From NCBI GenBank assembly GCA_045627925.1, contig JAZQOS010000020.1, forward strand, positions 2,942 to 66,941: a stretch of DNA of 64,000 nucleotides, written 5' to 3'. Positions 20,501 through 29,300 of the stretch are shown in pieces. Source of the stretch: Kiritimatiellia bacterium (GTDB lineage Bacteria > Verrucomicrobiota > Kiritimatiellia > RFP12 > UBA1067). Position numbers and translations under genes: made by a program. Position 1 is the stretch's first letter, and each line of letters begins with the position of its first letter. The notes beneath the pieces are model-generated. The model was not told the origin of the DNA. It did no database searches and worked only from the letters and a program-made list of their open reading frames with translations.

Positions 20501-22196
20501 CGTCCATTACATGCTCGAAAAGACCGAGGTGGACATCAAGTCCGACAAGGAGTGGAAGGAGACCGAGACGATCGAGAAGGAGATATTGAGCTACGACGGC
20601 AAGAAAAGCTCCGCCGAGCTGAAGATCGCCTTCACGCCTTGCGTAGAGGCGCTGGACGTCGTGAGCGCGGTCGTTTCCAACAAGGACGGACGGGTGTATC
20701 AGGTCTCGGATCGCGAGATGAACGTAATGGATTGCGGCTGGGCGGCTTCGGCGCCTCGTTACCCCGCCTCGAAGACGCTAATCGTCAACCTTCCCTCGGT
20801 CGAAATCGGTAGCGTCATCTCCTACACCATCGTTCATTCGGTAACCAACGCGCCGACGCCGTATTGCGCGGTTTTCGGCTTCGATGCGCACGAGCCGTTG
20901 GATTGCCGCGTCGTTCGAATCGACGATTGGAAACGCGAGGTCGTCCATCCGAAGCAAATCGCGAACGAGCCGGGTCAGCCGTTCGGGCCGCTTTGGCGCG
21001 ATCAGATGATCGTCACCAGGGCCAAGTTCGCGCCGATCGACCTCAAAGTCGGCGAGGCGGAGCTCGAAAGCGGCGAGAAGGACATGAAGGAAATTCGCGA
21101 CTGGATGGCTCGGCACGTTCGGGTCGCGGGGCCGGCGATGTACGAGTTGCCGCTTGAATTGCAGCTTACCGATCCCGAAACCGTAATCAAGGAGCATTAC
21201 GGCACTCGTCTCGACTACGTGCGTACGCTGTGCGCGCTTTTGCGGGGCGCGGGCTACGAGGCGGACGTCGTCCTTACGGCGGCGAACGGCGGCGATCCCG
21301 ACGAAGTCAGACGGCGCATGAAATTCGAGAAGCCCGACGTGCGCGCGTTCTCGATCGCACTTTGCCGTGTCAGGATTCGCGAAGGCGGATTCCTCGGTTT
21401 TGGTGGCGAGACGAAGGAGTACTTCCTCGGCACGGAAAACGAATACACGCCGCTCGGAGCGAGCATGTACGCGGGAAGCGATTACTTCGATCCCGAAACG
21501 TGCGAGTTCGGCGTCGTTACGGTTCCCGACGTCAGGCTCGGCAGCATGGACGGCGAAAAGACGGTCATCGACATCAAGGAGGACGGTTCGGCGGAGATCT
21601 CGATCGAGTCCGTGACTTGGGGTCACGCGGTTGGTGCGTTCCGCAAGACCTTCGCGGAGATTTTACCCGAAGACCGCAGTCGCCTCCACCAGTCACTGCT
21701 CGGTTCGATTTCCCAGGCGGCGAGCGCAATCGGAGACTTGGAGACGGATCTCGAGGGCTATCCTGCCAAACGGCGTTTCGCCTGCAAGGTTCCGGATTAC
21801 GCGATGGTCTCCGGCGGTACGATTACGTTGCAGGCGCAATCGCTCCTTTCGACGATTCCCGCCTTCACCGGCAAGGTTCGCAAGACGCCGTTTGCGGTGA
21901 GCGCGCAGGGCGAGGCGTGGGAGGAGGTCGTCGTGCGCTTCCCGAAGGGCTATACCATAATCGAGCATTTGCCGGATTCGTTCGTTTTCGCCGATCCTCA
22001 CGACGCGAACAAGATTTGGCTAACGAACAAGGTCTCGAAGAGCGAAAAGGACGGGGTAGTCGAAGTTAGCGTTTTCCGCAAGGTCATGGGACGCAAGTAC
22101 ACGTACTTCACCCCCGACTACATCGAGCTCGTGAACGACCGCAGTCGCATCGCCGATTCGCGCGCCAATCGAACGATCGTAGTCAGAAAACCGTAG
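17571..22196 (+). CDS. Chromate transporter (two CHR domains) in frame with a DUF3857/transglutaminase-like protein
   Basis: CHR motifs IGGGYA/QMIPG and LGGGFV/QMTPGPVGVNAATYFG, then a transglutaminase triad (GVCRDKG, FNHAV, LMDPT) and a second module lacking the Cys; no stop in between. Confidence 0.88.
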   Translation: MSVLGELFWEFLKIALTVIGGGYAILAVADDVFTKKGWTKEGEITDEISVFQMIPGLIATHTAVYVGRKKAGIAGAMVAVLAVALPTIALFTLVAVYYDSIPVENAYLKSVFVGLRSALTGIIASAVIGGWRRNLKDVFSYAVMALAAFGSLYFGVAPTVLGAMVLGLAWEFGGGKFRSSALAFLVFLKYGVLCLGGGFVLIPMYIEDFVGPSAAFLQISAEEFSNVMALAQMTPGPVGVNAATYFGFRLGGAGGAVLASLCLVLPGSVLVYLALSSLDRFRESRIVRGVFRALRPTAVALMLVALAAFAKTSVLDGENNFNIVSAIIAIISGIMIMKKKLNVVLVILLSAFVAGIARADGITAEDFPDADSVLVDETESVVYRVDGTYDSTCECWVKILTEKGRREEGTFTLHYSRRYGSAKLLYVGAIDENGVEREIDVSSTTVDTTDNSSMKDNIYDPMDRRISCAIPGLRVGDTLHLKYTRGSFSPRCEGKWADISIMEWTSPFVKRTYTILSPKELPLKKIAVRNPRGNVRETHETLSDGSVRHTFVCENAKQIFAEPDMPRMETQVQHVRVSTAENWQEISKWYWDLCAPHLARTNEAITNKVEELGHDIRSIFKFVSQEVRYMGLTMEDTSPGFAPHDVDITFNNRYGVCRDKGALLVAMLRLAGFEAFPVLIHAGAKHDPEIPQPFFNHAVVAVDKGNREYELMDPTNENAKDLFPAYLCDKSFLVCRPDGETLLTSPVPSAEHNTLKVVSKGRLSSDGSMVLDNDILFGGINDTIYRHSFVTKKPADRVKYFERVVKRLSPGAELLKCEIEPEDMRDTDVPIHVRLSAKLPEMLLFGESRDELTVPYISRIFGMANFLFADNTSLDKRVFPLDIDTTAGLDETIEIDLGTAVGEAKELPTTTVTNGGYDYYRTFSVEGRTLKSERKLKITKVEFSPEEYVTLKNNLKLVEAAERKRPVFTKGLLAEADVHYMLEKTEVDIKSDKEWKETETIEKEILSYDGKKSSAELKIAFTPCVEALDVVSAVVSNKDGRVYQVSDREMNVMDCGWAASAPRYPASKTLIVNLPSVEIGSVISYTIVHSVTNAPTPYCAVFGFDAHEPLDCRVVRIDDWKREVVHPKQIANEPGQPFGPLWRDQMIVTRAKFAPIDLKVGEAELESGEKDMKEIRDWMARHVRVAGPAMYELPLELQLTDPETVIKEHYGTRLDYVRTLCALLRGAGYEADVVLTAANGGDPDEVRRRMKFEKPDVRAFSIALCRVRIREGGFLGFGGETKEYFLGTENEYTPLGASMYAGSDYFDPETCEFGVVTVPDVRLGSMDGEKTVIDIKEDGSAEISIESVTWGHAVGAFRKTFAEILPEDRSRLHQSLLGSISQAASAIGDLETDLEGYPAKRRFACKVPDYAMVSGGTITLQAQSLLSTIPAFTGKVRKTPFAVSAQGEAWEEVVVRFPKGYTIIEHLPDSFVFADPHDANKIWLTNKVSKSEKDGVVEVSVFRKVMGRKYTYFTPDYIELVNDRSRIADSRANRTIVVRKP
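18554..18562 (+). promoter_or_regulatory. Internal extended -10 box for a nested start at 18573/18579
   Basis: TGCTATAAT in an AT-rich patch, 10 nt before an in-frame ATG. Confidence 0.65.
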
Positions 22197-22219
22197 GAAT
22201 TCGTTTATCTTTTTTCCCC

Positions 22220-22248
22220 TTGCGCTAAAGGGCGTGGTATGGTATACT
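22220..22248 (+). promoter_or_regulatory. rpsP promoter
   Basis: TTGCGC-17-TATACT with TG extension. Confidence 0.7.
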
Positions 22249-22288
22249 ACGCGCTAAATTCATTCATCCAAGTGGAGCAAATGAGAGT

Positions 22289-22612
22289 ATGGTAAAGATC
22301 AGAATGCGTCGCACGGGTTGCACCAACCACGCGACCTATCGTATCGTCGCGGCCGATGAACGGTGTCCGCGCGACGGCAAGTTCCTTGAAATCCTCGGAT
22401 GGTACGACACCCAGATCAAGGAAAACAACTTCAAGCTCGACCTCGAGCGTGTCGATGCGTGGCTCAAGAAGGGCGCCAAGCCCTCGACCACGGTCGCTTC
22501 GCTCATTCGTCGTGCGAAGAATCCCAATTTGAAACCCCATCACGCGGTGAAGGCCCAGCCCAAGCCGGAAGCCAAACCCGCCGAAGCCGCGGCCGAGGCG
22601 CCCAAGGCGTAA
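22289..22612 (+). CDS. rpsP: 30S ribosomal protein S16
   Basis: MVKIRMRRTG, YRIVAADERCPRDGKFLEILGWY and WLKKGAKPS. Confidence 0.97.
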   Translation: MVKIRMRRTGCTNHATYRIVAADERCPRDGKFLEILGWYDTQIKENNFKLDLERVDAWLKKGAKPSTTVASLIRRAKNPNLKPHHAVKAQPKPEAKPAEAAAEAPKA

Positions 22613-22624
22613 GGAGGAAGGAAA

Positions 22625-22990
22625 ATGGGTATCAAGCTTATTGACAAGATCAACGCGGAACAGACCGCGTCTCTCGCGGACAAGAAGTATCCCGAATTCA
22701 AGACCGGCGATATCGTTCGCGTTTCCATCAAGATCAAGGAAGGCGACAAGTTCCGCGTTCAGGACTTCGAGGGCAAGGTGCTCGCGATCGACAACGGCCG
22801 CAAGAACGTCTCGGGCAACTTCACGGTTTCTCGCGAGAGCTACGGCGTGCGCGTCGAGAAGCTCTTCCCGTTCGCTTCGCCTTGGATTCAGGCGATCAAG
22901 CTCGTCAAGCCCGGTAACGGCTGGCGCTCAAAGCTCTACACCGAGCGCACCTTCTGCTCGCACAAGGCGGTTCGCAAGCTCGCGAAGTAA
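22625..22990 (+). CDS. rplS: 50S ribosomal protein L19
   Basis: PEFKTGDIVRV, RVQDFEG and FTVSRESYGVRVEKLFP. Confidence 0.95.
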   Translation: MGIKLIDKINAEQTASLADKKYPEFKTGDIVRVSIKIKEGDKFRVQDFEGKVLAIDNGRKNVSGNFTVSRESYGVRVEKLFPFASPWIQAIKLVKPGNGWRSKLYTERTFCSHKAVRKLAK

Positions 22991-23014
22991 GGCGCTGGTA
23001 TTGGGTGAATGAAG

Positions 23015-23051
23015 AGGACGCGATTTCAGTGAAATCGCGTCCTTTCTTTTT
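23015..23051 (+). terminator. Rho-independent terminator after rplS
   Basis: AGGACGCGATTTC/GAAATCGCGTCCT stem followed by a T-tract. Confidence 0.85.
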
Positions 23052-23083
23052 GGCGGGCTTTGTGCTATACTGACCGAAAAGCA

Positions 23084-23761
23084 ATGCTTGAAATCGACGT
23101 AATCAGCGTTCAGCCGCAGATGTTCAAGGGCTTCCTTACGGAGTCCATCGTCCAGCGTGCCGTCAAGAAAGGCGCATGCCGCGTTAATCTCGTCGATCTT
23201 AGGGAATTCGGCGAGGGACGGTGGAAGAAGGTGGACGACAAGCCCTACGGCGGCGGCCCGGGCATGCTTATGAAGTGCAAGCCCTGGTTCGAGGCGGTGG
23301 AAAGTCTGGGGCGGGCAACTCGCGTAATCATGACCACTCCGGCCGCGCGGAAATTCACCCAACGCGACGCCGAGGAGCTTGCCGCGCTCGAAAACGGCCA
23401 CTTGGTCTTTCTCTGCGGCCATTACGAGGGCTTTGACGCGCGAGTGGAGACGCTCGCCACGGACAAGTTTTCCGTCGGAGATTTCGTGATGACGGGCGGG
23501 GAGCTCGCCGCCGCTTCGATGGTCGATGCGATTGTCCGGCTTTTACCGGGAGTGTTGGGCGGTGGCAAGGCGGCGACGAGCTCGGAGAGCTTTTCGGATA
23601 TGAAGACGCTCGAAGCTCCGCAATACACCCATCCGCCGTGCTTTCGCGGAATGAAGGTTCCCGAAGTGCTCCTTTCCGGCGATCACGCGAAGATCGAGGC
23701 TTGGCGGAGCGCGGCGGCGGCGAAGCGCACGCGCGAGGAAAGGCCGGATCTCGCGAAATGA
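23084..23761 (+). CDS. trmD: tRNA (guanine37-N1)-methyltransferase
   Basis: VDDKPYGGGPGM, CGHYEGFDAR, SVGDFVMTGGE and LLSGDH. Confidence 0.97.
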   Translation: MLEIDVISVQPQMFKGFLTESIVQRAVKKGACRVNLVDLREFGEGRWKKVDDKPYGGGPGMLMKCKPWFEAVESLGRATRVIMTTPAARKFTQRDAEELAALENGHLVFLCGHYEGFDARVETLATDKFSVGDFVMTGGELAAASMVDAIVRLLPGVLGGGKAATSSESFSDMKTLEAPQYTHPPCFRGMKVPEVLLSGDHAKIEAWRSAAAAKRTREERPDLAK

Positions 23762-25332
23762 ACGCGCTTCTCTTGGCGGTGGCGATTGTGGCGCACGAGC
23801 CGGGGTACTACACCTCGCTGGCGAATCACCTTGAGCGCTGGCTCGCCGGCGAGGGCGTCAAGGCGCGGACGATATCGGTCGGCTCAATGGCGGATGCGCT
23901 CAAGACGGAAAAGCTCGCCTTTTTGGTCGGCTTCGACCGCCCGACGGCGGGGGAGATTTCGACTTTGAGCGCCTTTCGCGCACGGGGAGGAAAGCTCGTC
24001 GTCTTTTATTCCGCTTCGCCCGAGCTCGCACGGCTAATGGATGTTAAAGTACTCGGTTATCGGGCGGCGGGGTATCCGGGCGAGTGGAGCCGAATGGATT
24101 TCGCTCCGAAGTCGCTCGCCGGCGCGCCCGCTTCGATTCTCCAGACCTCGACCGTCCTGCAACGCGCTTCTCCGCTACCCGGCAAAGGGCGGGTAATCGC
24201 GACTTGGTCGGATCGCACGGGCAAGCCCTCGAACGAAGCGGCGTGGATCGCGACCGCTGGCGGATATTGGATGACCCACGTTCTTCTGGCCGACGGCGAA
24301 GAGGACAAGAAAGCGCAGCTTATGGGCGCGATCGTCGGTTCGATCGACCCACGGCTTTGGAAATTGGAGTCGCACATCGCGCGCGCGGAAGCGAAACATC
24401 GCGAGACAAGAGAGTACGCGCTAAAGCAGATTCCGGCGAAAGGCGAAATTCACGCGGTCTGGGATCATAGCGGCACGGGGCTTTATCCGGGGAATTGGGC
24501 GAAGACGATCAAGGTTCTCAAGGAGGCGCGGATTACCGATCTCTTCGTCAATGTCGCGGGCGCGGGCTTTGCGCATTACCCGAGCGACGTCTTGCCGCGC
24601 TCGCGTGTTTTTGCGCAGGAAGGCGACCAGCTCAAGGCGGTCATTGAAGCGGCGAAGGGAACGGGAATTCGCGTTCACGCGTGGATACTCGCCTTTTCGG
24701 CGACGCGGGCGACTCCGGAGACGCTCGCGGAAGCGGCTCGTCGGGGTTGGCGACTCAAAAAGGAGAACGGGACGCTGACGGAATACCTCGATCCGGCGAA
24801 CGCGGAAGTGCGTGCGTACGTCCTTAAGGCGATTGAAGAGATTGTCACGCGCTATCCGGTAGCGGGGGTGCATCTCGACTTCGTGCGCTATGGCGACGGT
24901 GTCGTGAAGCCGTCGAACGCGGCGGAGAAGGTTTCGAGCTTCGTAGCCGAGGCGAGAAGGAGGGTGAAGCGACCAAAATGGCTCACGACGGCGGTCTACG
25001 GAAAATACCCTGCGTGCATCGGCTCGGTCGGGCAGGATTGGGACGGATGGCTAAAGATGAATCTCGTCGATTACGTAGTGCCGATGGACTATACGGCGAG
25101 CGAGAAAGTTTTCGCCGAGCTCTTGGCCGGACACGCGAAATTGACGACCCACGCGCGAAAAACCATCGTCGGCATCGGAGTCACGGCGAACGAATCGCGA
25201 CTCGACGCGAAAAGCGTCATCGATCAAATTCGGCTCACCCGCAAATTCGGCCTCGCCGGTAACGCGCTCTTTGATCTTGATCTCACGTTGGAGAAACAAA
25301 TTCTTCCCTATCTCAAATTGGGTATTTGGTGA
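23758..25332 (+). CDS. Glycosyl hydrolase-like 10 (DUF187) family protein
   Basis: GIRVHAW, YLDPANAEVR, GVHLDFVRY, GQDW and DYVVPMDY; N-terminal hydrophobic segment. Confidence 0.8.
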   Translation: MNALLLAVAIVAHEPGYYTSLANHLERWLAGEGVKARTISVGSMADALKTEKLAFLVGFDRPTAGEISTLSAFRARGGKLVVFYSASPELARLMDVKVLGYRAAGYPGEWSRMDFAPKSLAGAPASILQTSTVLQRASPLPGKGRVIATWSDRTGKPSNEAAWIATAGGYWMTHVLLADGEEDKKAQLMGAIVGSIDPRLWKLESHIARAEAKHRETREYALKQIPAKGEIHAVWDHSGTGLYPGNWAKTIKVLKEARITDLFVNVAGAGFAHYPSDVLPRSRVFAQEGDQLKAVIEAAKGTGIRVHAWILAFSATRATPETLAEAARRGWRLKKENGTLTEYLDPANAEVRAYVLKAIEEIVTRYPVAGVHLDFVRYGDGVVKPSNAAEKVSSFVAEARRRVKRPKWLTTAVYGKYPACIGSVGQDWDGWLKMNLVDYVVPMDYTASEKVFAELLAGHAKLTTHARKTIVGIGVTANESRLDAKSVIDQIRLTRKFGLAGNALFDLDLTLEKQILPYLKLGIW

Positions 25333-25342
25333 AAGGAAAACC

Positions 25343-26524
25343 ATGAACGATTTTGAATTCATATCGGCGACTCGGTTCAAATTCGGGCGGGGCGCGGAAG
25401 CTCATGCGGGCGAACTTATTCGCGCTGCGGGCGGGAGCAAGGTGCTTTTGCATTACGGCGGCGGCAGTGCGATCAAAAACGGCGCTTACGGCAAGGTGAC
25501 GCTTGCACTCGAAAAGGCGAATCTACCCTATGTCGCGCTTGGCGGGGTAAAGCCCAATCCGCGCGAGGACTTGGTGCGGAAGGGAATCGAGATCGTCCGA
25601 AGGGAAAAGATCGACTTCATCCTCGCCGTGGGCGGCGGTAGCGTCATCGACTCGGCGAAGGCAATCGCCTTTGGCGCGGTCTACGACGGCGATTTCACCG
25701 ACCACGCCTTCGGCAAGGACGTGAAGGCGATGACGCCGGTTCCGGCGGCGTTGCCGGTTGGTGCGGTGCTGACGATCGCGGCCGCGGGCAGCGAGGGTTC
25801 GTCGAACAGCATTATCAGCATCGGCGAGAAGAAATTAAAGCGAACGATCACCGGTGACAAACTGCGACCGGTGTTTGCTATTCTCGATCCGGAATTTACC
25901 TTTTCGTTGCCGCCGTATCAGACGGCTTGCGGGCTAACCGACATCTTCGCCCACGCCGCCGAACGCTACTTTTCGCCGACCGAGGACGTGCTTGTAACCG
26001 ACGAACTTTGCGAAGCGGTGATGCGTACGGTCGTCGCCGAGAGCGCAAGGGTTCTCGCCGATCCGCGCGACTACGGCGCACGCGCGAACATCATGTGGGC
26101 GGGAATGGTGGCGCACAACAACCTCTGCGGAGTCGGACGAGCGCAGGACTGGGCGAGTCACGGCATCGAGCACGAACTTTCCGCGCTTTACGACTGCGCC
26201 CACGGGGCGGGGCTCGCGGTGGTGATGCCGGCGTGGATGGATTTTGTCAAGGACGCGGACTTGAAGCGCTTTGTGCGGTTCGCCGAGCGAGTTTGGAATG
26301 TGCGCGAAGGCGGAAGCGACGCGGAAATCGCGAGCGCGGGCATCTCCGCCTATCGGGCGTGGCTCAAATCGCTGGGGATGCCGTCGAAGCTCGGCGAACT
26401 CGGCGGCAAGGCGGAGGATATTCCGCTTTTGGCGGCGAATCTTGGCCTTAAGGGCAACACGCTCGGCGCCTTCAAGCCGCTGACCCAAGCCGACGTCGAG
26501 ACGATTCTTCGCGCCACCTGTTGA
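25343..26524 (+). CDS. Iron-containing alcohol (butanol) dehydrogenase
   Basis: GGVKPNP, AVGGGSVIDSAK, DWASHGIEHELSA and HGAGLA. Confidence 0.93.
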   Translation: MNDFEFISATRFKFGRGAEAHAGELIRAAGGSKVLLHYGGGSAIKNGAYGKVTLALEKANLPYVALGGVKPNPREDLVRKGIEIVRREKIDFILAVGGGSVIDSAKAIAFGAVYDGDFTDHAFGKDVKAMTPVPAALPVGAVLTIAAAGSEGSSNSIISIGEKKLKRTITGDKLRPVFAILDPEFTFSLPPYQTACGLTDIFAHAAERYFSPTEDVLVTDELCEAVMRTVVAESARVLADPRDYGARANIMWAGMVAHNNLCGVGRAQDWASHGIEHELSALYDCAHGAGLAVVMPAWMDFVKDADLKRFVRFAERVWNVREGGSDAEIASAGISAYRAWLKSLGMPSKLGELGGKAEDIPLLAANLGLKGNTLGAFKPLTQADVETILRATC

Positions 26525-27402
26525 GGGCGATGGCGGCGAACGCATTCGAGGTCTGGTATTTTCCGGGATGGATGCGGGCGAACGAGCCGCAAGACGGAGT
26601 TTTGCCGGCGCTCGCGACTTGTTTCCCTGAATCGAAAATCGTCTTCAAGGCATGGGACGGCGATCGAGTTTGGCCGAAGGCGACCGAAAACGCCGATTTG
26701 GCGGCGGAATGCTTTGCGGACGAGATCGCAGCGTTGGATTGCGCGGAGCGGTCGAACCTCGTATTGGTAGGACATTCGTTGGGCGGAAGAATTGCGGCGC
26801 GAGTGTCTCGACGGCTCGGAGACCGAGGACTCAAAGTCAGGGAGACGGTGCTGCTCGGTGCGGCGATTCCGTATCGGGATGCGGATGTGGAGGCGTCGGG
26901 TCTTGGAAGCGAATTGCCGGTGATGGCGATTTGTAATCCGCAGGACGTGACGCTTCGATACGTGTATACCGTGCTCGGCGGCGAAAACTCGCCGGCTTTC
27001 GGAGCTAACGGCGCGCTCAAACGCCTCGAAAACGTGCGCGAGTACGTCGTACCCTCGACTATCGTCGCCGAAACTCCGATCGATCGGACGTGGGCGGATA
27101 TTCAAGCGGTGAAGGAAATTTGCAACCATCACGCGCTTTTCTATCTCGAATGTCTGCGGAGAATCGTCGGCGGCGAGGCGATGGACGAGGGAGTTATGGT
27201 GCCGCAGGATTTCATCACCGTCGAGTTGCCGGTAATGGATATCGGAGTGTGGTGGGATGTAATCGACGAATATGACGGGTGGAAGCTCGAGCGCAACAAG
27301 CTCACCGGTCATGCGCGCATCCTTGATCCCGGCAAAATTCGCAAGGCGTGGGGCTCGCTTGCGGTTCTGAAGCCGGCCTTTGAAAAGATCAAGCGCATGT
27401 GA
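26521..27402 (+). CDS. Alpha/beta-fold hydrolase
   Basis: Nucleophile elbow LVGHSLGG; C-terminal WW...GWKLERNKLTGHARILDP domain; start uncertain. Confidence 0.75.
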   Translation: MRAMAANAFEVWYFPGWMRANEPQDGVLPALATCFPESKIVFKAWDGDRVWPKATENADLAAECFADEIAALDCAERSNLVLVGHSLGGRIAARVSRRLGDRGLKVRETVLLGAAIPYRDADVEASGLGSELPVMAICNPQDVTLRYVYTVLGGENSPAFGANGALKRLENVREYVVPSTIVAETPIDRTWADIQAVKEICNHHALFYLECLRRIVGGEAMDEGVMVPQDFITVELPVMDIGVWWDVIDEYDGWKLERNKLTGHARILDPGKIRKAWGSLAVLKPAFEKIKRM

Positions 27403-27682
27403 ACGGAACTAAAAAGAGCGCCATTGGAGAGATCTTGCGATAAACGAGGGTGATGCGTCCGCTAATATCCGTTGGATCGCTAACGACCTTCAGATGCTTT
27501 GGCGGCGGTGCGCTCAAAATACGGAGGCCTTCATTTTCGGACATTGCTTCACGCGACTTCGCCACCACCTCCGCGAAACTTGACGTTTCGCCGCACGATG
27601 GGCATAACATAATATCCTTCGCCACGTTAATGTCATTGGGTGTGACTTCGCTTCCGCATCGTGGGCAACGATAAGTTTTCAT
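27389..27682 (-). pseudogene. Probably truncated Zn-ribbon membrane protein
   Basis: CPRC...CPSC, SD GGGAGA; ends within its first hydrophobic segment (FLVPFTCA*) where it meets the convergent hydrolase gene. Confidence 0.5.
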
Positions 27683-27705
27683 ATTCAACGATCTCCCGTT
27701 CGTTG

Positions 27706-27741
27706 TGGTGGAGGTGAGGATGGACAAAAGGCTGTCCGAAA
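27706..27741 (-). repeat. Degenerate copy of tmRNA 3' end (att-like scar 2)
   Basis: TGGTGGAGGTGAGG-N12-CTGTCCGAAA matches 29297-29332 except for the 12 central nt. Confidence 0.8.
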
Positions 27742-27983
27742 TCTACGCAAAATCGACTCCCTATTTTGCCAAAAAGTTCGTTTCCTTGCCATCATCTGTT
27801 ACAGCCGTTTAAGTGCGAGTATTATAGCACAGCCTTCGCCATTCGTCTAACGACAACTTTGGACGAGACACCTACTGGCAAGAAAACGAACTTTTTTCGG
27901 ACATCCTATTTCCTACCCGAATCTGGTCGTACAGACAAGAAAACGAACTTTCCCTATTTATCCGAAAGTCCTCTGCATTGACC

Positions 27984-28319
27984 CTATGTGGACTCTATTA
28001 TGCGCTTGCAATGCACACACTCGAAAGGCTCTCCTTTTACAATCGCCGTGAATCTCGCATTGTTTTCTTTGTCGCCAGGAAATTCGCGATGAGATTTTAC
28101 TGCACGCTGTCCGCAATGCGGACAGATGAGACAGTCATAGGCAGCATATTCACACAACGCACCGGAGAAACCTAGAACAACCATTGATAAAATTCCGAAT
28201 CCGGCTCCCATTGCGCCACCAATGAACGTCATGCACAAGGCGAAACCAGCACAAGCCATCACAGCCAACACCATCGCAGCGATTCGCAGTCTTCTGAACT
28301 TCCGGAAATCGGTCTTCAT
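27984..28319 (-). CDS. Small hypothetical membrane protein with two CxxC motifs
   Basis: 2 TM helices followed by CPHC...CVHC; SD-like AGGAAAG; lower GC. Confidence 0.65.
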   Translation of the reverse strand: MKTDFRKFRRLRIAAMVLAVMACAGFALCMTFIGGAMGAGFGILSMVVLGFSGALCEYAAYDCLICPHCGQRAVKSHREFPGDKENNARFTAIVKGEPFECVHCKRIIEST

Positions 28320-28321
28320 AG

Positions 28322-28729
28322 CTAAGGAGATTCTTTCCTGTCACACGCGTTTTTAAGCAGAGTCATTGATTTACATTTACCCCACTTGCGCTGAAAACGG
28401 GAATCATCACCTTCGTCCAATGTCCGATCAACAAGTCGGCCGTTGGCGTCATAGACAAGGTAAGCCGAGCCTGACGGCAAGAACCCCACTGGTCCCATGT
28501 TGAGCATTGTGTAGGTAGCACCATCCAACTCAACCGTCTTGATGTTCTTCACTGCAGATGGTTCTGCTACAATCAGTGCTTCTGGCGTAGGATATGTACA
28601 ATAACGATAGAAACACTTCGCGCCCGACGTTTCAAGGAAGATGATAAGTATAACAAGCCCACCCGCGGTCGCTACAACGACCGCAACGACCTTTAAGAAT
28701 TTAAAAGCAAATTTATATAATCGATTCAC
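28322..28729 (-). CDS. Hypothetical protein with N-terminal TM anchor
   Basis: GTG start 9 nt after a minus-strand TGGTATAAT (28739-28747); LPSGSAYLVYDANGRLVD..DEGDD motif; lower GC. Confidence 0.65.
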   Translation of the reverse strand: MNRLYKFAFKFLKVVAVVVATAGGLVILIIFLETSGAKCFYRYCTYPTPEALIVAEPSAVKNIKTVELDGATYTMLNMGPVGFLPSGSAYLVYDANGRLVDRTLDEGDDSRFQRKWGKCKSMTLLKNACDRKESP

Positions 28730-28826
28730 TTTAACTATATTATACCACACCGTTATTTTTTGCGCCACTGTATATTGCAAAACCTCGCATCGTTATACCG
28801 GTTAAGCTGAAAATCGGAAGTGGAAC

Positions 28827-28874
28827 CGAAGGATGGTGGAGATGCCGAACTTATGGAGTCGAACTTATGTCCGA
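28827..28874 (-). repeat. Degenerate copy of tmRNA 3' end (att-like scar 1)
   Basis: CGAAGGATGGTGGAG is identical to 29290-29304 and is followed by GGAGTCGAAC...TGTCCGA. Confidence 0.8.
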
Positions 28875-28897
28875 GCCAGTTTAGAAGCATACCTTGA

Positions 28898-29137
28898 TCA
28901 GAAATGCCGACGGGCGAACTCGTGGCCAGAGCCAGTTTTCAAATATCGCTCAAACGCCTGCGCTTTGACTTCTGCAGTAAACGCACAATAGAAATCGACT
29001 TCCCAAGGCTTATATTTAGCCGTGTGGTAGCATTTCCCAGAATTGTGTTCTGCAAGTCGACGCTTCAAATCTGAGGTTGAACCAATATAGTGTTGCTCGG
29101 GATGATCAACACTTACAAGCCGATATGTGTAATACAT
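28898..29137 (-). CDS. Stand-alone GIY-YIG nuclease family protein (79 aa)
   Basis: YYTY...HYIGSTSDLKRRLAEHNSG...KYKPW...FERYLKTGSG. Confidence 0.9.
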   Translation of the reverse strand: MYYTYRLVSVDHPEQHYIGSTSDLKRRLAEHNSGKCYHTAKYKPWEVDFYCAFTAEVKAQAFERYLKTGSGHEFARRHF

Positions 29138-29160
29138 GGCTGATATCCTTCATCTTTCAG

Positions 29161-29300
29161 TCCTCCTACGCGACTTCGTCGACTACGGAGGACACCATCC
29201 TTCGTCCGCTTCGGATGGCCAACCATCCTTCGCAAACAGCATCTACCTTCCTTTGGCCTGCCATCCGTAGCCAAACAGCTTGCTGTTTGCGAAGGATGGT
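29161..29300. repeat. Cluster of REP-like hairpins between ssrA and the GIY-YIG gene
   Basis: Hairpins at 29161-29192, 29196-29219 and 29261-29299; perfect 20-bp inverted repeat 29222-29241/29281-29300. Confidence 0.8.

Noticed and set aside
27400-29296. Prophage
   Set aside because: It is under 2 kb and has no phage structural, replication or integrase genes.
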